DNA of 64,000 nucleotides from Gordius albopunctatus (Eukaryota), in the NCBI GenBank assembly GCA_964276515.1, contig OZ193909.1:3596001-3660000 (forward strand), written 5' to 3'. Of the stretch, positions 27,228 through 40,413 are shown one piece after another. Both the position numbers and the translations under genes were made by a program. The notes below the pieces were generated by a model. That model had not been told where the DNA came from. It made no database searches and saw nothing but the letters and a program-made list of their open reading frames with translations. How positions within the stretch are numbered: the first letter of the stretch is position 1; every line of letters starts with the position of its first letter.

Positions 27228-30200
27228 AGCAAATTAATAAGATCTAATAATTAGATTTATTAATAAGATATCTAAAAATAGATAGATATTCCAAAATTGT
27301 ATAAAAAATTGGATATTCGAAAATGGTGGGAAAACTTCCGTTAGAAGGTTAAATCTAAATTGCGAAAGAATCTTAAATCCATGGAATGATCTAGATTGCG
27401 GGAGAATGCGTCTAAATTTTCAATTAGTAATTCTGCACTATACCAAGAAATTGCCAAATATTCTTAAATTTACATTAGATTGTATGCACTATACGTCGAA
27501 ATTGCCAAATGTTCCTATTGGTTTATTGGCTTTTTTTCTGATCAGCTTTTTTTTTGAAGAGCTTAAATTTTGAACAGAAACGATAGATTAAACTAACATG
27601 ATTTATTTTTATAAATATAAATAAATTTTCACAAAAATAATATATAGCGAAAAATTTCATTTTTTAAAATTTTTTTATCAAATGTATAAATAGAAAAAGC
27701 ATTAAATTATTATCACTTAATAATAACAACATAAATCATTATAATTAATTATTCTTAATCTTAGAATAACAAATTACCAGCTATGGTGTCGGAAGATTTT
27801 TGGGGAAATAATCGTGAATTTTCATTTTGCAAGTGAACAATTGAAAAAGGAAAAAGACAATAATGGTTCATAGTTTTTTGGTCGAAATTTAATTCAAAAA
27901 CGGAAAATAATATTTACTTAATTTATAATTAAAAATAAATTAATAAGTGTTTTACTTAGTCATTTATTGTAACAATAAAATAAAAACTTTGAATCTAAAA
28001 AGTTTTTATAATTTTTTTTTAAATTTTTGCCAAGGGGGGAATTTTGCCAAGGGGAGGGGGAATACTTAATATATTCAATACTAAATTATATAATTAATAA
28101 ATACAAGTTAGTTTAGTAAAGGGTGGTATATAATTAAGTGTATATAATAAAATATATGTAATAATATAAAAGCAATTTCTACATATTTAATATATTAAAT
28201 ACTAAATTATATAATTAACTAATACACATAATTTGGTATGGGATAGGTATAATTAAGCAATATATAATAAATTTAGGTATTATATAAACGATATCATCCG
28301 AGTGCTATCTCATGCCTCTAGATTCTTGTTTACAAGTTAATTAATGGAATATTTAAAATGGTAATTGATATAGTTTGAAAGTATAATCTCAGCTTAAACA
28401 CATAAAAGATTTGCTAAAGTTTTTTTCTACTTTAATAGAAAACATATTAAATTTTAAAAGGGCAATCTCTCTAGCCATTAGATTATAGAAGATATTCTTA
28501 CAATTTATAATGCTATATAACTTAATTAGGTCCTTAAAGATTGTAAAGGGATCATTAATATGATTAGTATCAATGTGCATGTGAATCTATGATCATTTGT
28601 ATTAAGTTTTTGCTATTATTTTAAAGAAAATTTATTTATCCCTGAATCACTAACTATATCTATTTTATTTTTATCTACCTCAACTAATGTTTACTTATTG
28701 ATGTACTGTTATATTGATATATAAGATGATTGATGGATGAAACTCTTACATCAATTTTTACATTTAATGCTTACAAAAGAGCCTAGAAAAAAAATGCTTT
28801 AAAATCTTGTTTTAAAAAGGTATTATTAGAAAATATTATAGAAGGTTGTGAAAATCTGGTAACTATCCATAAACTTTTTAAGAATGTTAAAAATTTTATT
28901 TTTTACCAAACTTAATTTCAAGAAATATCAATAATTTAGACTTTATAGCATTTCAAACTTTAAACTCTTATCTCAGCTCAGTATTTTGTGCAATCTTTTG
29001 CCAGAGATTTTAAATTAAAAGTTTCACATTTAAAAAGTAGTACTTTTGCAAATCCCAATTTATTTTAAAACTTTCATATGTCTATGCTGACTATATTGCT
29101 ACTTAACATACATTTTAGACTTTTATTTGGTATAACTATTGTCAGTATAATGACTTGACTTGTGTCTCATTCATGTAAAATATTAGAAATACTAGGCAAA
29201 TTTATAATAAGGCAAGGATATGCCATTCAGACTATGAAGCTGTTGAAGGGCAAGAGGCCTCTTTTGACTTGTCATATATAGGCATGAGGAGTAATACAAG
29301 AGTACTCCCCCTTTTTGGGGCCTAAGATATTCTGGGCAAGCCATTAGGTTAATAAATATAAATTAATTGAATCTTAGATAAAAATACATATTTTGTGAAG
29401 ATGAATAGAATAAATGAAAAAAAAATAAGTAGTATAAATATAAAGAAAAACCTCTGTCCATTTGAAACATCCACAATTTGTGGATTATCAGTAGGTATCA
29501 AACAGCTTTCTTTGAATTTTAGGAGTGGCCACATTTTGCTGATATAAAAAAGATCACAAAAATTCAGGACTACAATACTTTGTGACTGTCCTTGCCTAAC
29601 TAAAACTGTAGGCAGTATTCTCCGATAGTTGGTAGAAACACCTATTGACTATCTCTTTAGTTTCCATAACTTTATTGACTTGTCCATTCCACGTGACACG
29701 GGGTCGTCCTCTTCCTCTCTTCCCCGGTACCTCCATTTCCAGTACATTTCTATTTACGTCATCCGTATCCCTCCTTAGTATATGCCCATTACACCTTAGC
29801 CGATTTTCGTTAATCATGTCCGCCATAAATTGAATACCTATTTTTGTCAAGAGAGAGTCATTCCATATCGTTGCATTGGACAAAAAAGCAAAAAACCAAT
29901 GTCTATGAATGTCTATGATATGTCTATAAATATTTTTTGACCAATCAGAGTATGGCTGTTCAATATCACTTCTTTTAATGATCAAATGTCTGTTAAATTC
30001 CCCATACAAGTAATATTTATGATTATTATATATTATCTTCATAATAGCTTATCCAAACTATGGATGTATTGATAATGCTCAGGTTTCTCAACCTCTGGAT
30101 TTATTGATAATGCTCAGGTTTCTTAACCTCTACAAACATTGGACATGAATGGATCTATTGATAATGCTCAGGTTTCTCAACCTCTACAAACATTGGACAT

Positions 30201-30248
30201 CAACAATGTTTTATATTTAATTAAAAAAGTGAGAGCAATCAATAATCA

Positions 30249-30780
30249 AAGTGCAATATCATATTCAACCATCCCAACCACCACCAACTGTAAGTTCATT
30301 TATTTATAAAAAAAGTTAATTTTACACTTGTTTTAGATATGAGGGCTTCTGCTGCAGAAAGCATTCTAAGTGCAATATCATATTCAACCATCCCAACCAC
30401 CACCAACTGTAAGTTCATTTATTTATAAAAAAGTTAATTTTACACTTGTTTTAGATATGAGGGCTTCTGCTGCAGAAAGCATTCTAAGTGCAATATCATA
30501 TTCAACCATCCCAACCACCACCAACTGTATGTTCATTTATTTATAAAAAAGTTAATTTTACACTTGTTTTAGATATGAGGGCTTCTGCTGCAGAAAGCAT
30601 TCTAAGTGCAATATCATATTCAACCATCCCAACCACCACCAACTGTAAGTTCATTTATTTATAAAAAAGTTAATTTTACACTTGTTTTAGATATGAGGGC
30701 TTCTGCTGCAGAAAGCATTCTAAGTGAAATATCATATTCAACCATCCCAACCACCACCAACTGTAAGTTCATTTATTCAT
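30249..30780 (+). repeat. 118-bp tandem array (~4.5 units), each a 72-nt exon plus a 46-nt intron
   Basis: tag|ATATGAGGGCT...ACCACCAACT|gtaagt...ttttag, encoding (Y)MRASAAESILSAISYSTIPTTTN. Confidence 0.9.
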
Positions 30781-31462
30781 AAACCAGTTGATTGATAATA
30801 TTATTCTTTTTATTCTAGATAATATGCAATTCATTTCATCCCATAATGGCTCTGTGTTATATTATGAGACTTTCTTATACAACAGGCTGACAACAACTCC
30901 ATCTGCCACCTATTATAGGTGTAGGAAAAAAGGCTGTTCAGGAAAAGCCAAAATCACGACTTTTCCTACTGTTACCCAAGGACATAGTCACGAGCCTCCC
31001 AGAGGTGACTATGAGTACCTCATAACTCTTCGGGACTTAAAGGCTGCTGTTTTGGCAGAGCCTAAAGAAAATTTGAGGATTATATATAATACAGTAATTT
31101 TTCAAAGATTGCAAGAGGTACCTGACCTTGTCCTGTACCCGCAGGCAACCCCCACATTTGCCTCAGTTAAACATACAATGCTACGGGTTAATTTCCACAA
31201 TGGTATTAAGTGCCTAATTGGTCGGGCCCACCCTCCTATTTACGAATTTATTACTCATATTATAAAACATCAGGGCATTACAGATGTAAATCTTTTACAC
31301 ATTTCCCAGGGTAAACAAGTACATGTTGCCAGTAGAAAATACAATAATATTAATGCAAATATCAATCGTTTACTGTCTTCATACCTCTCTAACGAAGTTG
31401 ATGTTAATGAATATATTGACAATATATCCAACTATTTGTATATTCAATCACATAACATATAA
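30337..31462 (+). CDS. Internally deleted FLYWCH-MULE protein lacking the DDE core
   Basis: Four 72-nt exons, then exon 30819-31462 with FLYWCH (FLYNR..YYRCRKKGC..HSH) fused in frame near 31190 to the post-catalytic FHNGIK..HPPIYEFI..VNLLHISQGK tail. Start codon uncertain. Confidence 0.7.
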
Positions 31463-32408
31463 ATAAAACATACCTTCTTATAAATAAATTTTGCAGATTA
31501 CATATACCTTATTAAAAATTTGAATGTAAACTATGTCAAGTTTATTTTATATAATCATCACTAACATTTTAATAACAATTTAAAATTTATCATGTCTTAC
31601 CTTATTTAAATTTTTTATACTTTTAACCCATATAACAAAAATATAGCAGTTAATCTTAGTCATTTATATAACTACATCTATTCTATTAAAAGTATATTAT
31701 CAGGAATAAACAAAATATTTACACATTGTCAAGTTTATTTTATATAGTCATCAGCATCACTAACATTTTAATAAAAGTTTAAAATTTATCATGTCTTACC
31801 TTATTTAAATTTTTCATGCTTTTAACCCATATAACAAAAATATAGCAGTTAATCTTAGTCATTTATATAACTACATCTATTCTATTAAAAGTATATTATT
31901 AGGAATAAACATAAAATTTCTACATATAGTTAAGTTTATTTTATATAGTCATCACTAACATTCCCAACATAAACGATTTTTTTTATCATATTCCTTTTAA
32001 TTTTACATTTATATTTATATTTGATCATCAATGATAGAATTTATGTTATATCGTCTTACATCTTTATTTAATGTAAATAAAATGTATGATCATAAGGTGC
32101 GCATAAACATTCATGCATTTCCGTAGACATTTATTTGTTTTTTGCTTTTTTGTCCAATGGCACTGAATCAGTCATTCATCATATGGTCGAGTTTAGTATA
32201 CCCCAAGATCCACCGTATCATTCTCATCTCCGTGGCTTGTAATAGCTTTCCTTCCGTGGTGTTTGATGCCCATGTTTCACTTCCATAGAGTAACACCGGT
32301 CTTACGATAGATTTGTAAGCTTTGCACTTCAACCATATTAACATTTTCTTGTCGCAAATTACACCGGATATACTTCGCCATTTAAGCCATCCTTTTTGGA
32401 TCCGGGAA

Positions 32409-35400
32409 ACAGACGCGCATGGTGCAGTTGCAGTATAAAACATCTCCTACCCCCTTAAGTTATTCCATATCTTTCTATAGGTTTTCGGATTCGTGTAGAT
32501 CGCCGGACCGTTATTTCGGGTGAGGGTATAGGTGAATGAGGGGAGTCCATACGAGGGGGTAGAGGTGAGGGCAGGGGTGGAATGAAAACTAGCATATTAT
32601 CGCTAGCTTCATCATGTGGTAGGTTAGGCTGTTGCGGGATGGTGGCGTCAAGTAAATCACTGGGTTCATGTTGTGGTAGATCACCCGGTATTACGTGTGA
32701 AATGTCAGCCCATCGATCCTCATCCTTTAGCGTGTTTGCGTCATCTAAAGATTTTCTAATATGATCACCATGTATCTTCCATAATGCTCCATTATCCATT
32801 TCTACCATGTACGATACAGGGCCTAAGATTTTTACTATTTTTCCCGTTGCCCATAATTTATCATTAGTTGTGAAAGTTCTAACCCACACTCTATCTCCAA
32901 TTATAAATTTCCGTTTGATGGGTGCCAACTCGTCTTTGTCAAGACCAGTTACATGTGGGTTGAGTAAATTCAATGGACCGATTGGTTGTATTTTGATTAA
33001 TAGATTGGCTGGAGTTAATCCAGTTGTTGGGTGAATGGTATTCCTATAAGAAAACAGAAAGTTATATAATTTATCGTTTTTAAAATTTTTAGTTTTGTTC
33101 AAGAACTCCTTAAATGTTCGAACAAAACGTTCAGCTTCTCCGTTGGATCGAGGATGATACGGGCTGGAATATGCGTTACGAATGTTATTTGTTTTGCAGT
33201 ATGTTTTAAATTCGGTGTTTGTAAATTGAGGCCCATTGTCTGTAGCCAGGGTGCTAGGTACTCCGAACCTCGAGAAAATAGCTTCGAGAGCGTTAATAGT
33301 GCTTGATGTTGTTATCGTTGTCATAGGGATCACCTCGGGCCATTTACTGTAGGCGTCAATTACAATTAGGTAATAATACCCATTAATTGGACCGCAAAAA
33401 TCGGCATGTAATCTAGATCATGGTTTTCCCGGGTTTTCCCATTTTTGCGTTGCTAATTCGGTTGTGCCAGTAAACCATTGTTGACAATCCGCACAGTTTT
33501 GAACATAACCTTCTATATCTTCATCAATACCTGGATACCAGAGATGTTGACGAGCCAAAATCTTTGAACGACTCATGCCTGGGTGTCCTAAGTGGATTCG
33601 TTTCAAAATGGTTTGCCTTAATCCTTGAGGAATAATAATTCTGTATCCCCAAAATATGCAACCTTTTAAGGTGGTGAGTTCTCTTTGCCGTTGTTGGTAA
33701 ACTACTAGATCTGGAGTAACTTTCTTCGGCCAGCCATGGAGTATATAGTTATAGACTTGTCCCAGGATAGGATCTTTACGAGTATGACGCTCTATGTCGG
33801 CGGATGTAATGGGGAAAAGTTGGAATGGTTCTTCATAAATGGTGTGTATATCATCTTCTTCTCCTTGTTCTAGCGTTTCTTCAGATTGTATCGGAAGCCT
33901 GGATAACATATCAGCTTGTGTATTTTCCTTGCCAATTTTGTATTTTATGGTATAATGATAAGGTGTTGTTAACAAGGTCCATTTCTGAAGTCTTGTTGAC
34001 ATGCCTTGTGATATATTTTTATTCGGGTTGAATATTGATATTAATGGTTTGTGATCTGTAAGTAAGGTAAAATGGAGGCCATATAAATATTCCTTAAATT
34101 TATTAAAAGCATAAATGATGGCTAAAGCTTCTTTTTCAATTTGGCTATAATTTCTTTCACCAGCGTTAAGGGTGCGGGACGCAAAAGCAATAGGGTGCTG
34201 ATAACCTTTAATTTCGTGGGAAAGTACTGCGCCGAGTCCCTCAGATGAAGCATCCGTTGAGAGTATTAGCGGTAACTCGGGGTCAAAATGTTTTAATATC
34301 GGGGCCTTGATAATGGCTTTTTTAATGTCATTGAATGCATTTGTACAGTCTATGGACCAATTCCAAGCTACTGTTTTCCTTAGCAGTTTATAAAGAGGTT
34401 GTGCTAAAGAAGAGAAATTTTTTATGAATTTCGCGTAGTATGTTCCCATACCTAAAAAAGATTGTAATTCTTTTATTTTAGTTGGGGCTGGTGCTGCTAA
34501 AATTGCTTTAGTATTCTTGTCAGTGGTAAAAATTCCGTCTTTACTAATGGTATGTCCTAAATATTCCACTTTTTTTTCCAAAAATTTACACTTGCCTAAT
34601 TTTAGTTTTAGGCCTGATTTTTCTAATTCTTTAAAAACCTTTTCCAATTTTTGATTATGGTCCTCTACTGTCTTACCAGCTATCATAATGTCATCTAGGT
34701 AAACTACTATTCCCTTATTATTTCTAAATAATGAATCCATAAATCTTTGAAAAATAGCAGGGGCCGAGGCTATGCCAAAAGGTAATTTAGTATATTTAAA
34801 AAGGCCCCTATGCGTATTAATTGCTAACAGATTTTGAGAATTTTCGTTAACCTTTATTTCGAAATAGGCATCCTTGAGGTGCAAAACGCTAAAATATTTA
34901 AAACCGCCTAGTTGAGCAAATATATCCTGAATTCGTGGCAAAGGATATTTTTCAATTAAGAGGTGCTTGTTTAAATCACGGAAGTCGCCGCAAATACGGA
35001 TGCTTCCGTTATTTTTAATAACAGCTACAATAGGAGCAGCATGTTCAGCATATTTTATGGTTTTAAGATACCTTCTTTAACTAACCTATCTAATTCTTCG
35101 TCAATTTTAGGTTTTAACATATAGGGAATAGATCTAGGGCGGAAAAAACGTGGACACAACTCATCTTCTAATTTAAGCTTTGCTTCATACCCGATTACCC
35201 CTCCCAATTTATTCTCAAACAATACCGGGTATTTTTGAATAATATTATTGGTAACAACATCATCGTTGGTATGGTTAATCTTGTATCGTTGGAAGGGTTT
35301 GTTTTGCTCCCAATCCTCAGCTAGCTGATGTAATATGTGTGGAAATATCCTTAACCAGTCTCTTCCCAAAATATTTTGCCCGTTCCCATCAGCGACGTAA

Positions 35401-36576
35401 AGCAAGAGTTGGTGGGTTGCGTCTTCTTCTTGCACGATTACTCTTGCCGATCCCTTTAGCGGTATAGGCGAACCATCATAACCCTTTAACTCGGTACAAC
35501 ACGGTTGAGTTGTAAAGTGAGCCCCATTGAGAGAATTAATCAAGGTGACTGCTGAACCGGTGTCAATTTCAAAAGTTAAAATACGGTAATTTACCTTCAA
35601 AGAATAGCATGGCCGCAAAGAGTCTTTTAAATGGAAATAATCTAATGAGGAAACCTGTTTGACACGGCATATCTTTCCGATATGGCCTTAGGTATGACAT
35701 TTATAACACGTCGCAAAACGGAATTTACAGTTGAATCGAAGGTGGTTCCCCCACATGCGAAACATTTCATATTTGATGCTGGGTGTTTGTTAGTCACTGT
35801 ATGAACGGGTTCCAATTGTTGGGTCAACATATGGCTTTGGAATCTTCCCCGTTCCATTGATCTCGCAATATCTAATGCCCCTTTCCATGTCAGATTATGT
35901 ATAATCAATAGTCGCTCCACAATCTTATTATTATGTAACCCCGCAACGAACCGATCCCTTAGATTTTCTTCGAGAGAGGCTCCAAAGTTGCAATTTATAG
36001 ATATACCTTTCAGTTTAGCAGCAAAGGCATCAATATTTTCACCTTCTATTTGTACGTATTTGTGGAATTTATATCTATGGACAATAGCACTCAGAGAGGG
36101 AGCGAAAAAACTTTTCAAGGTGGACACTATTTCATCGAACGTCTTTTGTAACGGGTCCGAAGGATAAAGAAGATTGATCAGTAGTTCGTAATTATCCGAC
36201 CCGCATACCGTCAAGAACAGGGATTTCTTATCGCCGCCAACTACTAGATGATAATGATTAAATTGCGAAATATACAGGTCAATATTATCAGAAGGACTAT
36301 ATGGGTGGAAAGTAAGGGAAGAAATCGACCGCGCCATTTGATGAGACTTAATCTATTTATTTTGGAATCTTAACTACCAAACACGTAAAAGTCTAAATAA
36401 GTAATAGAGATTTTGTATATATAGGGTCAGATCGCGTGATGGTAGGGTGATCGCGTGATGGTGGGGTGATTGCGTGATAGTGACTTGATAATGAATATCA
36501 TTTGAATAAACATAATTTGAATAAACGCGCATGGTGCAGTATACAGACGCGCATGGTGCAGTTTCAGTATACAACA
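32409..36576 (-). mobile_element. Gypsy/Ty3 LTR retrotransposon, degenerate
   Basis: Gag 35642-36337, protease (DTGS) 35055-35618, RT (YLDD) and RNaseH 33418-34941, integrase (TDNGPQF, SNGEAER) 32455-33333. 5' LTR 36339-36576 (TG..CA). PPT AAGGGGGTAGGAGA precedes a 3' LTR cut to ~34 bp (32409-32442). Confidence 0.92.
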
Positions 36577-38318
36577 ATAATCGTGCTTGCTGTCCATTGA
36601 TTAGGGATTCGCTCTTCTACCAATATCTTGTTAAGTAGGTTCGTCATGGTGGTGACTCCTTCTTAACGACATCCGAGCAATGCTTCCATAGGTATTCAAT
36701 CTGGGCCATTTGCTTTTCCTTTTTGCATCTTATTCATTTGTGTCCTAATTTCATCCTCCTGGAAGAGTTCGACCATACTTATATTTAGCTCAATTTCGGG
36801 AAGGAAATCCTTGTCATTTGCAATATTCATAAGTTTCTTAAAATATCCTTTCCACCTTTCCATCACTTCTTTCGGCTTGAATAAGGTTTGATCCTTTTAG
36901 CTTTTGATTATTTTAAGAACTCCGACATCGCGACTTTTCTTCTCCCTTATCTTGGACAATTTGTACATAGGCCTATCGCCCCCTTTATGATCCAGTTTGT
37001 TTGCCATCTCGGTGTACGCGGCATTTTTTGCTTTTGCAACGGCCTTTTTTGCGGCCCTCTTTGCGTAGCCGTACTCTTGATAATCCTCCGACTTTTTTGA
37101 TTTATGCCACCATCTATATAGATTTTTCTTTCTTTTGATGAAATCTTTAACCGATTGATCCGACCACCGTAGTTCCCTATTCATAACTTTGTCTCCTCTG
37201 GTCTGTCCTAGAAGACAAATCGCTGTTTCCTAAATGTCCTTAGATAGCGTCTCCCAATCGTTGTCTACGTCCCTTTGCAACTTCCTTGCAACCAAGAGTG
37301 GGCAGGCTTTTTGATCGTATTATTTGTTCGTTGACGTATCCTTTAGCCTTTCGTATCGAATTAGAGGTTCATAGACCTTTCTTCCTTCGGGAAATACTCT
37401 TCTAGATTCATAACAAGGGGACGATGTTGCCTGGCGATTTCTTCTCCCGATATTACTTTGCAATCATTGATACTCCATAAGTCCTTTCGCCGTATAAGCA
37501 AATATTCGATTTGACTAAAATGCTTCCCACTTCTATAGGTCACAATATGATCTTCGCGCTTTTGAAATAGGTGTTAGCGATCGCCATGTCATATGCTTGG
37601 GATACTTGGAGAAGTTTTTCCCCTTCTTTGTTCTTCAGACCATGCCCATAGACTCCATGATTGCGTTCATACCCGAGGCAATGTTTCCCAACGTGAGCGT
37701 TGAAATCTGCCCCCAATAATTAGCCTTTCTTCCTGTCCTATTCCTTGTATTTCCTTTTCAAATGGAACGAAGAAAATGTCTTTATCTGATTCCAAACATC
37801 CAATTTGGGGAGCATACGCGCACATAACGGTTAGGAGGCCCCGTTGATCTGCAATCTTCACCCACATTAGCCTGTCGGAACAACGCTTTACTTCCACCAC
37901 CTTGTCCTTGAACGATTCACTTAGAACGATACCGACCCCGTTTCTACGATTTGATGACCCACTGTAGAAAAGCTTGTATCCTTCTCCTAATTCCCGAGCT
38001 TTCGTTCCGTTCCACCTCGTCTCTTGTAGGCAGGCGATGTGTACCTTTCTTCTTTTTAGCATCTGTGCGACCTTGATGCTCTTCCCCGTCAACGTTCCCA
38101 TATTCCAGCACGTAATTCGCATTCTTTCCACAACTAGTTTCCTTAACCGCCTTTGCTGTGAGTTAGGCAGTAACCTTAGTGTATTTTTCACATTACACGG
38201 GCGGGGTATACAGTGCGCGTCGTTTTTGGAGGACGCCCTAGCCTTTTCTTGTAAAATCTTGTTTGAAACTATCATAATTTTGGAGTTGGTTTTTATAGCC
38301 GGTTTCTAACCAAACGCC

Positions 38319-38369
38319 AACCCTACACATTTTGCACACGGACTTGGTACCGTCGCAGGCAGTGTTTTT
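38319..38369 (-). ncRNA. Twister-ribozyme-like motif at the RTE 5' terminus
   Basis: Minus strand AAAACACTGCCTGCGACGGTACCAAGTCCGTGTGCAAAATGTGTAGGGTT: P2 CAC/GTG, P4 ACGG/CCGT, loop TACCAAGT, AGGG. Some positions deviate from the twister consensus as I recall it. Confidence 0.6.
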
Positions 38370-38399
38370 TTTCACTTGTTTAATAATTGTAATAAATCA

Positions 38400-38530
38400 G
38401 GAGAAATTTTTATTTATTGGAAAAAATTCTCATCTAGACGAATTCAAAATTTATCTAGACTGAGACGAGATTCTCATAATCCACCCGATACGAGAGTATG
38501 CTACCTAGACCGAGACAAGATCGAAACACT
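38400..38530. mobile_element. Terminal fragment of the TCTCG-array hAT family, inverted relative to 16300
   Basis: Ends GATCGAAACACTA, the reverse complement of TAGTGTTTCGATC at 16300. Further decayed pieces at ~39600-39660 and ~44500-44562. Confidence 0.65.
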
Positions 38531-40413
38531 AAAATTTACATTGAATATAAGTTTGTTGGAAACTTATATTCAATGTCACTCAATCAATAAAAGACTGTAA
38601 TAAACATTTTAATATACGATACATTGAGAAATTATTTATTTATTAGCCATAAAATGTATTACAGATCATAAGTTTAGTATAAATATTAAAACTGTATAAG
38701 ATAATCACAAAATTTTAGTAAGTTTAGTCATTTTAACAGAGATGGGAGAGACTTTTGCCATTCAATGTGTTCGCTTTTCTGCTTAGAGGTAACAAAAGGT
38801 TTTATAATATAATTAACATGTTTTATTATATTTAAAATTAATTAATAAATTGCGGGTTTGTTAATAATTTGAAGAAGATAATATAGGGATAAATATAATT
38901 AAATTGTCCATAGATGGCTCTAATGTACTTTTAATTTGATTTTAATAATTTGAATGTAAGTTCGTTTTAAAAAGACCTGTTGAGAATCAATAACAGTATT
39001 ATTATTAGTATCTACCTTGGATTGTTGAGTATAAAAATTATGCTCCTAGCTAAATCTTTAGTTGTGCAACCCTTTACACATAATTTTGTAATTATATGAT
39101 TTTTGCATCAACAGCCAAACCATTTAGAGCAAGTATAACTCCTCTTCATTCATTTTAAGTTGCTTTGGTTGGTGTTTAAATTTTTCTTCACTTTAAATGT
39201 TAATACATAAAATACCTAATTAAAATACTTAATATATGGTTGTGTTCTGAATTTAAATTTTTAAGAACAAATGCATAGTTGTCACCGGTTGATAAGAAAT
39301 TGGAGGACTTGAAGCTTAAGCAATTGTTTTTTCTTTCAACGTTTTTCTTATGGCTGCGGAATTGCTTTTAAACTTCTTTCGCCTCTAACCCAATAATATT
39401 TACTTGACTTATATTTAAATCTTGTTATGATATCTTGAGGATATTGCCTTTTGTACCTGTGGGGATGTTTCTGTGTAGAAATCCGTAAAGATTTTCTTTT
39501 CCCCTTGTATTTTTGCTTGATGCAAGATATTATTTCAAAATGTCCACAAAATTTTATTCTATGGCAAAATAGAATTTGAAAACCGGATCCTAGATCTAGA
39601 CAAAAATTTTGATGTCGAGGCGAGACGATACGAGATTTTTTCGGCGAGATCTCGGCTCAAATTTTTATAGGGATTATAAAATTTTAGTAAATTTAAAAGT
39701 GTATTTTTATATTTTTATTTTGAATGTTTCACAGGTATTAGATGTAAATATTAAATGTAAATTAATATTATTGAATATATTTGATATTAAAAAGGCACCC
39801 AAGTTTAGTAAATCTTACTTATTTTTTTTTAATTTTGGTAATTTTAGTTCATTTACCTAAGTAGGAGTGGCCCTTAGGGTACGTGAATAATTTAATAATA
39901 TATTTGTCTCCTAGCATTATTATATATTACCAAATTTTGGGCTTTGAATAAGATCTGATGGGCTATTAAATATTACTAAAGCATTTTAAATTTTGCTATA
40001 TCTCATTTTGCCTGATGTGGTGATATTAAATAAAATTGGTGGTCAATTGTTTAAATAATTATACAACAAAAGCTAAAATGGCTCGAGATATTTAAGCCCC
40101 CTAGCGTTTAAAAGTATATTCGAATGTTCGATGACACCGTAATAAATTAAATTATGAGTTTTCTATAAGCTTTTATACCTCCTAAATTTTTGGACGTTAC
40201 AAGATATTAGGTGATGAATACATTTTTTGTCATGTGCATTACTTTTCACATTCGGGGTTGGCATGTGCATTTGAATTTACTACAAGTTTTATAACTGTGG
40301 CAATTTTGCAACACGATCTATACTATACTAGATAAATAAATATTTAATGGCAAAGTTAGTTAGAACTAGAAGGTAATTATTTAGAATACAAATTTAATTA
40401 AAATGTTTGTCAT

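Larger units (their letters stand above)
29864..32169 (+). mobile_element. Non-autonomous MULE element 3
   Basis: TIR core CATTGGACAAAAAAGCAAAAAAC / GTTTTTTGCTTTTTTGTCCAATG; 8-bp TSD AGTCATTC (29856-29863, 32170-32177). Excision restores the RTE frame LDHMMNDSLLTKIG. Confidence 0.88.
29640..38369 (-). mobile_element. RTE-clade LINE with intact-looking 5' end, degenerate, RT deleted, hosting nested MULE and Gypsy elements
   Basis: APE at 37667-38275 (WNMGTL, CLQETRW, AYAPQ). Post-RT segments WLKWRSISGVICDK..VRPVLLYGSETW (32168-32408) and RLR..GHILRR..GKRGRGRPRVTW (29640-29863). Confidence 0.88.

Noticed and set aside
28025..28066. TTTTGCCAAGGGG repeats as the TIR of MULE element 2
   Set aside because: I found no inverted partner or TSD on the other side (20300-23330), so the boundaries are left undefined.
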